A stretch of DNA of 32,000 bases from Halomicrobium mukohataei DSM 12286 (GTDB lineage Archaea; Halobacteriota; Halobacteria; Halobacteriales; Haloarculaceae): positions 2,160,001 through 2,192,000 of the forward strand of contig NC_013202.1 in assembly GCF_000023965.1 (NCBI RefSeq), given 5' to 3'. Each line of letters starts with the position of its first letter. The stretch's first letter is position 1. Made by a program: the position numbers and the translations under genes. This document shows positions 1 to 8,056 of the stretch, one piece after another. The notes under the pieces were generated by a model. It worked only from the letters and a program-made list of their open reading frames with translations, was not told where the DNA came from and made no database searches.

Positions 1-169
1 CGTTACATTGTGGGGTATCTGGTAAATAGTTTCCGAGACATCTCGTCCGCGATAATGGCGGAGGGTATCAGCCATTCTTTAAGTAATATTCCTGCAAAAG
101 CAATTTTGACCTTCCGGAGAGGACCCAAGGTTTTAGTGCGCTGGCGACTTCCGTCCTTCTAGAAACGAC

Positions 170-814
170 ATGACGACAGACGACACATCCGACGATCGCG
201 AGGACGAGGGCGACGACTTCGGCGAGGACCCGTTCGGCGACGACCCTTTCGACGAGGAACTGGACGACGACGTGGACGTACGCGAGCGACTGGAAGAGGA
301 GGCCGACCGCGCCGTCGAGTCCTTCGACGAGGGGATCGTCGACCTGCTGTCGTGGGTACTGGACACGGAGACCCGGGCACGGATCTACGTCCACCTCCGG
401 CAGCGTCCCGACAGTACGAGCGACGAGATCGCAGAGGGGACCGGACTGTACCCGAGCACCGTCCGAGAAGCGCTTGCGGAACTCCACGAGGAGGGGAAAG
501 TCGCCCGCCAGAAACGCGAGAGCGACGGCGCGGGGAACAACCCCTACGAGTACGCCGCGATGGCTCCCAGCGACCTCGTGACTGACGTTGTCGACGAGGT
601 TCAGTCGGAGCTCAACACCGTGTTCAACCTCGACAACTACCTGGGCGGTCGCGACCGCGACACCGAGGACACCGAGACCGAGCCGGTCACCATCAGCGTC
701 AGTGACGAGGCCGACGACGAGGCCGACGACGAGACCGACGACGAGACCGACGACGAGACCGACGACGAGGCGACCGACAGCGACGACGACGCGGCCGCTG
801 ACGACGACGAGTAG
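170..814 (+). CDS. Acidic winged-helix DNA-binding protein (MarR/TrmB-like HTH regulator) with Asp/Glu-rich tails
   Basis: Complete ORF. The central segment RARIYVHLRQRPDSTSDEIAEGTGLYPSTVREALAELHEEGKV reads as a helix-turn-helix plus wing. D/E content is extreme. A TATA-like TTTTAG sits at 131-136. Confidence 0.6.
   Translation: MTTDDTSDDREDEGDDFGEDPFGDDPFDEELDDDVDVRERLEEEADRAVESFDEGIVDLLSWVLDTETRARIYVHLRQRPDSTSDEIAEGTGLYPSTVREALAELHEEGKVARQKRESDGAGNNPYEYAAMAPSDLVTDVVDEVQSELNTVFNLDNYLGGRDRDTEDTETEPVTISVSDEADDEADDETDDETDDETDDEATDSDDDAAADDDE
704..769 (+). repeat. In-frame 12-nt tandem repeat (GACGAG-GCC/ACC-GAC, about 5.5 units) encoding the (DDEA/DDET)n tail
   Basis: Read directly: gacgaggccgac x2, then gacgagaccgac x3, then gacgag. 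It lies inside the C-terminal tail of the 170-814 CDS. Confidence 0.85.
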
Positions 815-876
815 CCCCCTCGTCTCGTACTGCCGGAGTCGAAGCCCCTAAATCGAGAGCCCTTCTGCCACGTTGT

Positions 877-1365
877 ATGAAGGTCGCGCTGGGTGGGACG
901 TTCGATCCGATTCACGATGGTCACCGCGCGCTGTTCGAGCGTGCGTTCGAACTGGGCGACGTGACGGTCGGGCTGACCAGCGATGATCTCGCGCCCGAGC
1001 TCCGGAACGAAGACCGCTACGTCCGCTCCTTCGAGGAGCGCCGTCGGGACCTCGACGAGGAACTCGCCGACTTCGCCGCGGAGTACGACCGCGAGTACGA
1101 CGTCCGAGAGCTGACGGAACCGACCGGAATCGCCACCGAACCCCAGTTCGACGTACTGATCGTCTCTCCCGAGACCGAGACCGGTGGCAAGCGGATCAAC
1201 GAGATCCGAAGCGAGCGTGGCCACGACACGCTCGACATCGAGGTCGTCCCGCACGTCTACGCCGACGACGACGAGGTGATTTCGAGCACACGGATCGTCC
1301 GCGGCGAGATCGACCAGCACGGCAACGTCACGCCCGACCGAGACGGTCGCCCAGAACGGGCCTGA
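877..1365 (+). CDS. coaD: Archaeal phosphopantetheine adenylyltransferase (cytidylyltransferase-like fold)
   Basis: The N-terminal nucleotidyltransferase motif GGTFDPIHDGH, the C-terminal ISSTRIVRGEID and a length of 162 aa fit the archaeal PPAT family (COG1019 type). Confidence 0.8.
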   Translation: MKVALGGTFDPIHDGHRALFERAFELGDVTVGLTSDDLAPELRNEDRYVRSFEERRRDLDEELADFAAEYDREYDVRELTEPTGIATEPQFDVLIVSPETETGGKRINEIRSERGHDTLDIEVVPHVYADDDEVISSTRIVRGEIDQHGNVTPDRDGRPERA

Positions 1366-1426
1366 TTCTGCCGCCGTGCGGTTTCCGTGACCGGCCGAAC
1401 CTTTCGACGGAGTTCCGACGGCACGA

Positions 1427-1738
1427 TCACCAGTCCGGGGCGTCCAGCCCGGCGTCTTCGAGCAGTCCTTTCCACCGCTGTTGAATCGTCAGCCGAGACA
1501 CGTCCGCCGCGTCGGCGACGACGCGCTGTGACCGCTCCTGTCCGCTGACCAGCGCACCGACGTAGAGGCTCACCGCCATCACCGCACGCTTGGAGCGTTC
1601 CTCTTCGACCGGCATCGACGAGAGAAACAGGTCGACCGCTCGGGACCGTGCCGTCCCCTCCAGGTCGAGTCGATCTGCCGTCGCTTCGAGATTCTCCAGC
1701 CACTCCTCGTGTTCCCGCCGGTCGCTCGCGCGGTACAT
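1427..1738 (-). CDS. Small TFIIB-like single cyclin-fold/HTH protein (no zinc ribbon or B-reader)
   Basis: The C-terminal part of ORF 1427-1843 (LDLEGTARSRAVDLFL...RSKRAVMAVSLYVGALVSGQERSQRVVADAADVSRLTIQQRWKGL) resembles one TFB cyclin repeat. I placed the start at the internal ATG 1738 because a TATA-like GTTTAAGT (minus strand, about 1763-1770) lies ~28 nt upstream. The ORF extension upstream of it is S/R/G-rich junk. Confidence 0.55.
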   Translation of the reverse strand: MYRASDRREHEEWLENLEATADRLDLEGTARSRAVDLFLSSMPVEEERSKRAVMAVSLYVGALVSGQERSQRVVADAADVSRLTIQQRWKGLLEDAGLDAPDW

Positions 1739-1902
1739 ACACCCTCGTTGGCCCCGATCGGACTTAAACGCTCGTCGATCTGTCGGCGACGATCTCACCG
1801 TCGTCGAACGGCTCGACGATCCGGACCCGCCGGCAGACGCCATCCGGGACCGCGCCGGAGAGCGTTAAGTACTTGAACCGGTCGGGAATAGCCACTCCTG
1901 CG

Positions 1903-1985
1903 CGCGGGTAGCCAAGCACGGAAAAGGCGTAGCGCTTAGGACGCTATCCCGTAGGGGTCCGCCGGTTCAAATCCGGTCCCGCGCA
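1903..1985 (+). tRNA. tRNA-Leu (anticodon UAG), class II with long variable arm
   Basis: Manual cloverleaf. Acceptor GCGCGGG/CCCGCGC. 3-bp D stem GCC/GGC with GG in the loop. Anticodon stem TAGCG/CGCTA with loop CTTAGGA (anticodon TAG, G37). Variable arm CCC-GTA-GGG. T arm GCCGG-TTCAAAT-CCGGT. Discriminator A. No encoded CCA. Confidence 0.85.
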
Positions 1986-2055
1986 TGAGCGAACGGAGTG
2001 AGCGAAGAGCAGGGCCGAATTTGAGCCCTGGAAGACGATCGAAGCGAGTCTTCGT

Positions 2056-2079
2056 CCGGTTCAAATCCGGTCCCGCGCA
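2056..2079 (+). repeat. Exact 24-nt direct duplicate of the tRNA-Leu 3' end (T arm plus 3' acceptor strand), att-like scar
   Basis: ccggttcaaatccggtcccgcgca occurs at 1962-1985 (inside the tRNA) and again at 2056-2079. A third, degenerate copy (ctcggttcgatgcc) lies at about 2175-2188. Confidence 0.85.
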
Positions 2080-2187
2080 CTGACTGAGTGTTTCGAGCGG
2101 AGCGAGCAAACGAAAGACGGAGCAGGGCCAGATCCGAGGCCCAGAAGACGAACGGAGCGCAGCCTCGCCTCGTTCTCGGTTCGATGC

Positions 2188-3318
2188 CTACGGACGAGGT
2201 TCCGGAACCGGGAACCGAAACTCGAAGACGGTGCCGTCTTCGCCCGTCTTTGAGAGGGTTACGGAGCCGTCGTAACTGTCCGTGATCTCGCTGACCAGAT
2301 AGAGCCCCAGTCCGTGGTCGCTCACCTGTGGCCGGTCGAACAGCGTCGCCAGTTTGCGCTCCGGAATCCCCTGGCCGTCGTCTTCGATCGTAACGACGAC
2401 GGCGTCGTCGACGCTCACGATGTCGACCACGATCTGCAACGATGGCGTCTCGTTGTGCTCGACCGCGTTTCTGAGGATGTTGGCGAAGATACGTCCCGCC
2501 AGCTCGTCGGCACGGATGTAGTGGTCGTCCTGACATCGCAACTCGACGTCGATCTCTGGATGTTGATCCCGAACCTTCTGGATCTCGTTTCGGAGGACGT
2601 TCGTGAGGTTCGTCTCCGTCAGTTCCCGGCCGTCCTCGATCGTACTGAGCAGCGTACGCACTTCCTGGATGACGGTCGTTATCTCCTCGCCTTGCCTGTG
2701 AACGCGTTCGATCCGCTCGTCGTCGGGATCGATGGGTTCCTCGGCGGCCATCAACACCGATGCGTTCCCGGTGATCACCTGCGCGGAGTTGAGTACTTCG
2801 TGGCGCAGAATGCCGTTCATCTGATCGATCAGATCTCGCTGCTTCTCGGCGTGTTCCGCACGAAGTGACTCGCGTTCTGCAGTCAGTGTACTGACGACCA
2901 CCCGTACCTGTGCGATTCCGACGACGAGACCGACGCCGAGACCGACCGCGAGCGACCAGCGAATCCAGCTCACGAGTATCCAGATGCTCTCCGTCGAGAT
3001 CGAGGCCATGAGGACGACGTTGAACACGAGAAAACAGCTCCCACCGGTCAGCCAGTACAGTTTGATCTTCGAGCACTGCTCGGTCGAAAATTCGCGCTTC
3101 CGTGACCACTGCGCTCCGTAGATCATTCCGAGACAGGACGGGACGACTGTGAGAACGCCGATAATATACTTCGGAGTGTGCAGTACCGGCGAATCCAGTG
3201 CGTACAGGTACACCGGTTCGGCTGTCGTCCACACCAGGAGCAGAAGTGCCGTGAGGCTAATCACATCGACGGCGTTAGAACGTGGCTTCGTCCCCAGATA
3301 CCTCTCTATCACGTCCAT
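2188..3318 (-). CDS. Membrane-anchored sensor histidine kinase (HisKA + HATPase_c), no adjacent response regulator
   Basis: The hydrophobic N-terminal third has several predicted TM helices. The H-box is MNGILRHEVLNSAQ. The ATPase motifs are NILRNAVEHN, IEDDGQGIP and GLGLYLV. Confidence 0.8.
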   Translation of the reverse strand: MDVIERYLGTKPRSNAVDVISLTALLLLVWTTAEPVYLYALDSPVLHTPKYIIGVLTVVPSCLGMIYGAQWSRKREFSTEQCSKIKLYWLTGGSCFLVFNVVLMASISTESIWILVSWIRWSLAVGLGVGLVVGIAQVRVVVSTLTAERESLRAEHAEKQRDLIDQMNGILRHEVLNSAQVITGNASVLMAAEEPIDPDDERIERVHRQGEEITTVIQEVRTLLSTIEDGRELTETNLTNVLRNEIQKVRDQHPEIDVELRCQDDHYIRADELAGRIFANILRNAVEHNETPSLQIVVDIVSVDDAVVVTIEDDGQGIPERKLATLFDRPQVSDHGLGLYLVSEITDSYDGSVTLSKTGEDGTVFEFRFPVPEPRP

Positions 3319-3513
3319 CTATCTATCGGTAAGTCACAAAAGAGTCACAGACGTTATCGATCGAAATAACAGCCCGGGAGACGACTCACGCCAAGGCTAC
3401 ACGCCGGTTAGATGAACTGTCGGAACGAGATAATACCTCTCGATTGGACGGTGTACTCACACGCCAGTACACAGCCATCGTACGGTCAGACGGACCCCCT
3501 GCTCTGTGTGACT

Positions 3514-3741
3514 TCAGGGTTTGTGCGTGAAGATGACGACGTTGCCGTCGTCGATGGTCGTACAGAGGTCGAGATCCATGTCCAGATTGAGCGACGTGAA
3601 CTCGTTCTTGCAGACGACCATGTCGTCGAACGGCTCTTCGCAGGCCGGGCACGCGACGGCGGTCGTGTTCTGGTACGACGAGATCGCGTCGTTGTCTTCT
3701 CGGGGGGTCAGCGACGAGACGAGTTCCTCGAACTCTTCCAT
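3514..3741 (-). CDS. Small acidic hypothetical protein with a CPAC motif (75 aa)
   Basis: Complete ORF with haloarchaeal acidic composition and GC-rich third positions. It is divergent from the cobT-like gene. I recognised no family. Confidence 0.45.
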   Translation of the reverse strand: MEEFEELVSSLTPREDNDAISSYQNTTAVACPACEEPFDDMVVCKNEFTSLNLDMDLDLCTTIDDGNVVIFTHKP

Positions 3742-3837
3742 ACTGGTGCGGGCGGTGGCCGCGACAATAAATTGTGGGGCGAACCGACTCGGGCGTAACC
3801 GACGCGTTCAAGTCCGCCTGCGCCGGGAACTGATGCA

Positions 3838-4848
3838 ATGAGTACAGACGGTGGCACGCGACTGGTCCTCGTCGCTGGTTCGACACGGACGGCCGAGATC
3901 GACGGTATCTCTGCGGCCGGGGCCGACGAATCGCTGCTGGCACACACACCTGCTGCCGACGCCGAGATCCTGCGCTACGGCGATGTCGTGCGAGCGCCGG
4001 AGGTCCCCCAGAGCCCGACCGGCTGTCTCACGCCCGCCGTCGTCACGCGTGCGGTCGTCGAGTTACTGGACCTGGACGTGACCGTCGTCGACGGCGGGCT
4101 CGCCGAGCCGAGCGGTGCGCCGACGGTGACGGTCGGCGCGAGGCCGGGCCGAGACGTTCGCGAGCAGGACCCGGTCCCGTCGGCACCGGGCGCGTTCGAG
4201 GCGGCCCGGCAGTTCGGCCGCTCGCTGCCCGCCGACGAGGTCGTGATCGGAGAGACGATTCCGGGCGGGACGACGACGGCACTCGGCGTCTTGCGGGCGC
4301 TGGGCGAGCGCGGTGGAGTCTCCTCGTCGCTCCCTGAGAACCCGGTCGACCAGAAGGAGTCGGTCGTCGAGGAGGGGCTGACCGCGAGTGCGATGGAACC
4401 CGGCGAGGCGGCCGACCAGCCAAAGCGGGCTGTCCGCCGGATGGGCGATCCGGTGCTGGCCGTCGCCGCGGGGGTCGCGATCGGTGCGATCGAGACCGGG
4501 CGAGCGGTGACGCTGGCCGGCGGGACCCAGCTGGCGACCGTGGGCGCGCTCTTGCGCCACGCCGGCATCGAGGGGCCGCTGTCGCTCGCGACTACGTCGT
4601 TCGTCGACGACGATCCCTCGGCCGACGTTCGCGGACTGGCGGCGGATCTCGACCTCGATCTGACGGTGACCGATCCGGCGTTCGATCGGGCCGACCACGT
4701 CGCGATGGAGCGGTTCGTTGTGGGCGAGGCCAAGGAGGGCGTCGGGATGGGGGGTGCGCTGGCGCTGGCCGATCGGGCCGAACTCGATCCGGCGGTGGTT
4801 CGTGACCGGGTCGCTGCGATCGCCGACGATCTCGCGTTCGAGCCCTGA
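3838..4848 (+). CDS. cobT: UPF0284 / archaeal CobT-like nicotinate-nucleotide--dimethylbenzimidazole phosphoribosyltransferase
   Basis: The N-terminal [21 protein letters not shown] and central [16 protein letters not shown] motifs are typical of the TIGR00303/UPF0284 family as I recall it. Confidence 0.65.
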   Translation: MSTDGGTRLVLVAGSTRTAEIDGISAAGADESLLAHTPAADAEILRYGDVVRAPEVPQSPTGCLTPAVVTRAVVELLDLDVTVVDGGLAEPSGAPTVTVGARPGRDVREQDPVPSAPGAFEAARQFGRSLPADEVVIGETIPGGTTTALGVLRALGERGGVSSSLPENPVDQKESVVEEGLTASAMEPGEAADQPKRAVRRMGDPVLAVAAGVAIGAIETGRAVTLAGGTQLATVGALLRHAGIEGPLSLATTSFVDDDPSADVRGLAADLDLDLTVTDPAFDRADHVAMERFVVGEAKEGVGMGGALALADRAELDPAVVRDRVAAIADDLAFEP

Positions 4849-4857
4849 CGGCGGACA

Positions 4858-4895
4858 GCCGTCTGACGCGAGTCAGACGGCCAGCAAACCTTTTT
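4858..4895 (+). terminator. Hairpin plus T5 tract downstream of the cobT-like gene
   Basis: gccgtctgac-gcga-gtcagacggc (10-bp perfect stem, 4858-4881) is followed by ttttt at 4891-4895. The T-tract could instead be the TATA element of dacZ, whose ATG at 4918 lies ~27 nt downstream. Confidence 0.35.
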
Positions 4896-4917
4896 GACGC
4901 ACCCCAGCAAAAGGAAA

Positions 4918-5730
4918 ATGATGAGCGCGTTGCGCGAGTTCCTCGACGACATCGTCGCCGACACCGACGCGGTGTTTCTGTTCTCTCCGAGCGCGTCGCT
5001 GTACCAGTCGTTCGAGGACGACGACACCGAGGTCGTGGTGATCGCTCCGGAAAACACGGTCGACGCGGAGACGTTCGTCGAGTTGCCCCTGGAGTTCACC
5101 AACATGGCCGACCGGATTCGCTTCGGTGTCGAAGGTGCGCTCGAACAGGAGTACGTCGAGGAAGACGCCGACGTGGTCTGTATCGGTGACGTGTTCGACG
5201 ACACGCCGGATTCGATCGTTCGCGTCCAGGTCGCCGAGTTTTCCCCCTCCGGCGTCTACGGGCTGTTCGTCAACTCCCGAGCGGAGCCGTCGGTCATCAA
5301 CGACGTACTGGACGTGGCGATCGAACTCGGGAAGAAAGGACAGAAGGGAAAGCCGGTGGGCGCGCTGTTCGTCGTCGGCGACGCCGGCAAGGTGATGAAC
5401 AAGTCCCGCCCGCTGTCGTACAATCCCTTCGAGAAGTCCCACGTCCACGTCGGCGATCCGATCGTCAACGTGATGCTCAAGGAGTTCTCCCGGCTCGACG
5501 GTGCCTTCGTCATCTCGGACGGCGGCAAGATCGTCTCGGCCTACCGGTACCTCGAACCGTCCGCAGAGGGGGTCGACATTCCGAAGGGGCTGGGCGCTCG
5601 CCACATGGCCGCCGGTGCCGTCACCAGAGACACCAACGCCATCGCCATCGTCCTCTCTGAGAGTGACGGACTCGTCCGGGCGTTCAAGAGCGGTGAGTTG
5701 ATACTCGAGGTCGATCCGGAGGAGTACTGA
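4918..5730 (+). CDS. dacZ: Diadenylate cyclase (c-di-AMP synthase), DacZ type
   Basis: The DAC domain carries the DGA motif (RLDGAFVISDGG) and an RHR-like motif (GLGARHMAAGAVT). The N-terminal ~120 aa domain matches haloarchaeal DacZ. I placed the start at ATG 4918, because the ORF-track start at 4894 is a TTG. Confidence 0.85.
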   Translation: MMSALREFLDDIVADTDAVFLFSPSASLYQSFEDDDTEVVVIAPENTVDAETFVELPLEFTNMADRIRFGVEGALEQEYVEEDADVVCIGDVFDDTPDSIVRVQVAEFSPSGVYGLFVNSRAEPSVINDVLDVAIELGKKGQKGKPVGALFVVGDAGKVMNKSRPLSYNPFEKSHVHVGDPIVNVMLKEFSRLDGAFVISDGGKIVSAYRYLEPSAEGVDIPKGLGARHMAAGAVTRDTNAIAIVLSESDGLVRAFKSGELILEVDPEEY

Positions 5731-6518
5731 TGCAGTTGGACTGGCCGGCGATCGTCCGCAGTCTGTTCTCGCGTGAAGCCGTGACGGCGGTCGCGATCAG
5801 TATCCTCGTCCTCGGGGTGTTACTGGCGTATCTCTCGTGGCGGTACATGCACTACTTCCTCAGCGACGCCGGCATCGACGAGGCCGTCGAGGGGACGGCG
5901 TTCGAGCGGACGGCCCAGCGGTTCGGAACGTCGACCGTCGGGCTGATCGCCACCCTCGTCGGCATCTCGATCTACATCGGCGCGATGCTGCTCGCCGGGG
6001 CCGTCTCACAGCGGTTCCGGGACGTGTCGCTGTGGTCACCGTTCGTCGCCTACCTGCCGAATCTCTTCGTGGCGCTGTTTGCCCTCATGATCGGGCTCAT
6101 CGCCGGAGACAAGGCGAAGCTCTCGGTCGGCGAGAAGTTCCGGAGCATCAAGCTACCGGAGGCGGAACTGCTCCCCGAACTGGTCAAGTACAGCATCATC
6201 TTTCTGGCCGGACTCGTCGCGCTCGGCCAGCTCGGGGTCGCGACGGAGGCGCTGTTGATCCTGCTCGCCGCCTACGCGTTCGGTCTCGTGTTCCTCGGTG
6301 GACTGGCGTTCAAACAGCTGCTGTCGGCCGGGGCTGCGGGCGTGTATCTCGTCCTCAGCCAGCCGTACAGCATCGGCGACGAGGTCCGCATCCAGGGCCA
6401 GCAGGGCATCGTCCAGGAGGTCGACGTCTTCGTCACCCATATCGAGAGCGAGGGCGAGGAGTACGTCGTCCCCAACGATCAGGTGTTCGCTGGCGGGATC
6501 GTCCGGATCCGCGGCTAG
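5730..6518 (+). CDS. Small MscS-family mechanosensitive channel protein
   Basis: Four or so hydrophobic helices are followed by the MscS beta-domain signature PYSIGDEVRIQGQQGIVQEVDVFVTHIESEGEEYVVPNDQV. Its ATG overlaps the dacZ stop by 1 nt (TGATG). Confidence 0.7.
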   Translation: MQLDWPAIVRSLFSREAVTAVAISILVLGVLLAYLSWRYMHYFLSDAGIDEAVEGTAFERTAQRFGTSTVGLIATLVGISIYIGAMLLAGAVSQRFRDVSLWSPFVAYLPNLFVALFALMIGLIAGDKAKLSVGEKFRSIKLPEAELLPELVKYSIIFLAGLVALGQLGVATEALLILLAAYAFGLVFLGGLAFKQLLSAGAAGVYLVLSQPYSIGDEVRIQGQQGIVQEVDVFVTHIESEGEEYVVPNDQVFAGGIVRIRG

Positions 6519-8056
6519 TCGTTTTCCGACCGGCCGAGCAGGTCACGCAGCTGCTGTCTGTCGACCGTCCCCGACTGTGTCCTGGGTAGCGCATCGACCA
6601 GCGTGACGGTCTTCGGGACGGCGAAGTCCGCGAGATCGTCTGCGACTGCCTCGATCACCGCAGGGGCCGTGAGTTCGTCCGTCACGGGGACGACTGCTGC
6701 GGCCACGCGCTGGCCCCACTCCTCGTCCGGGACGCCGACGACCGCCGCGGTTTCGACGGCCGGCAGTCGCTCGATGGTGCGTGCGACGCGTGCCGGCCGG
6801 ACGTTCTCGCCGCCCGTCACGATCATGTCGTCGACGCGGCCGACGACGAAACAGCGACCGTCGTCGTCGCGGTAGCCCAGATCACCCGTCCGGAACCCCC
6901 GCTCGTCGAAGGCGTCTGCCGTCTGGCTCTCGTCGAGGTAGCCCGGCGTCACTGTCGGTCCCGAGACGACCAGCTCGCCCACTTCACCGGGCCGGCACGC
7001 ATCGCCGTCGTTCAGGACGGTGACGGTCGTGCCGTCCAGCGGTCGCCCGACGGTCTCGGGCTGGTCGAAGGCCTCTGACGGCGTCGCGGTCGTGATCTGT
7101 GACGCCGTTTCCGTCGTTCCGTAGGTGGGGTACACCGGCACCTCGGCGTCCCTGCAACGCTCGATCAGCGCCGGCCGTGCGGGAGCCCCGCCCAGCAGGA
7201 CGAACCGGAGCCCGTCGGCCGGCCGCCACCCCTCGTCGAGGAGCCGCGTGAGCATCGTCGGGACCAGCGAGACGCCGGTGATCGACGCCGCCCCGAGGAC
7301 GCGTGCGGTCTCGGCCGGGTCGAACGACCGCTGTAGCACCGTCGTGGTGCCGTACAGCGTCGAGCGGACGAGCGGAGCCAGTCCGCCCATGTGATACATC
7401 GGCAGACAGACGAGCCAGCGGTCGCTCGCAGAGACGCCGAGTCGGTGGGCCGAGCCGACGGCGCTGGCGATGAGGTTCCCCCGCGTCAGCCGGACCCCCT
7501 TCGGCGTGCCGGTCGTTCCGGAGGTAAAGAGGACGAGCCGGTCGGTACCGGCGTCTGCTTCGGCGGGCGACCCGGCGGGCTCGGTCGGTTCGAGGCGTCG
7601 TACGTCTCCGGCCGACGGCTCTCCGATCGAACAGACGGTGGCCTCCGGAGGGGCGACCGCACGGGCCGTCGACTCGGTGGCGGGCGAACAGAGCACCGCG
7701 TCGACACCTGCCGTGGTGGCCTGGCGGGCGACGGTCTCGGTCGCCTCGCGGACGTTCAGGGGCACCGCGACACCGTTCCGGCGGGCGATCGCGAACAGCG
7801 CCGTCGCGAACGCCGGTCCCGTCGGGAGTACGAGCCCGATCCGGGGCGCTGGCTCGTCGACCAGCGTCGCCAGCCCGCCACGCCACGCCTCGACTCGGCT
7901 GTCGAACTCCGCGTAGGTCCACGTGTCCCCGCCGTCCGTGTCGATCAGTGCCGTCGCGTCGGGGGTCGCGCTGGCACGCTCGCACAATAGGTCGTTCGAC
8001 CGTTCGGGGAGCGGGTTCTCGACTGGCCACTCCTCGGGCTCGGGCAGCGTCACCAT
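6515..8056 (-). CDS. menE: o-Succinylbenzoate--CoA ligase (AMP-forming acyl-CoA synthetase family)
   Basis: AMP-binding motifs LFTSGTTGTPKGV, YGTTE and TGDLGYRDDDG are present, and the gene sits in a men gene context. I placed the start at ATG 8056 (MVTLPEPEEW). The 236-aa upstream ORF extension is R/G/P-rich and overlaps menC. Confidence 0.85.
   Translation of the reverse strand: MVTLPEPEEWPVENPLPERSNDLLCERASATPDATALIDTDGGDTWTYAEFDSRVEAWRGGLATLVDEPAPRIGLVLPTGPAFATALFAIARRNGVAVPLNVREATETVARQATTAGVDAVLCSPATESTARAVAPPEATVCSIGEPSAGDVRRLEPTEPAGSPAEADAGTDRLVLFTSGTTGTPKGVRLTRGNLIASAVGSAHRLGVSASDRWLVCLPMYHMGGLAPLVRSTLYGTTTVLQRSFDPAETARVLGAASITGVSLVPTMLTRLLDEGWRPADGLRFVLLGGAPARPALIERCRDAEVPVYPTYGTTETASQITTATPSEAFDQPETVGRPLDGTTVTVLNDGDACRPGEVGELVVSGPTVTPGYLDESQTADAFDERGFRTGDLGYRDDDGRCFVVGRVDDMIVTGGENVRPARVARTIERLPAVETAAVVGVPDEEWGQRVAAAVVPVTDELTAPAVIEAVADDLADFAVPKTVTLVDALPRTQSGTVDRQQLRDLLGRSEND

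Noticed and set aside
1986-2079. A second tRNA gene or a split or intron-containing tRNA downstream of tRNA-Leu
   Set aside because: There is no 5' acceptor strand, D arm or anticodon arm to pair with the duplicated 3' end. The first copy (1903-1985) already folds into a complete cloverleaf.
1967-5204. Long ORFs antisense to or overlapping the real genes (for example 1967-3232 minus, 2314-2868 plus, 3386-3949 minus, 3975-5204 minus, 4063-4698 minus)
   Set aside because: Their translations are dominated by R/P/S/G/T runs, as expected from the wrong frame of high-GC DNA. None has a recognisable domain, and each overlaps a frame with clear family motifs.
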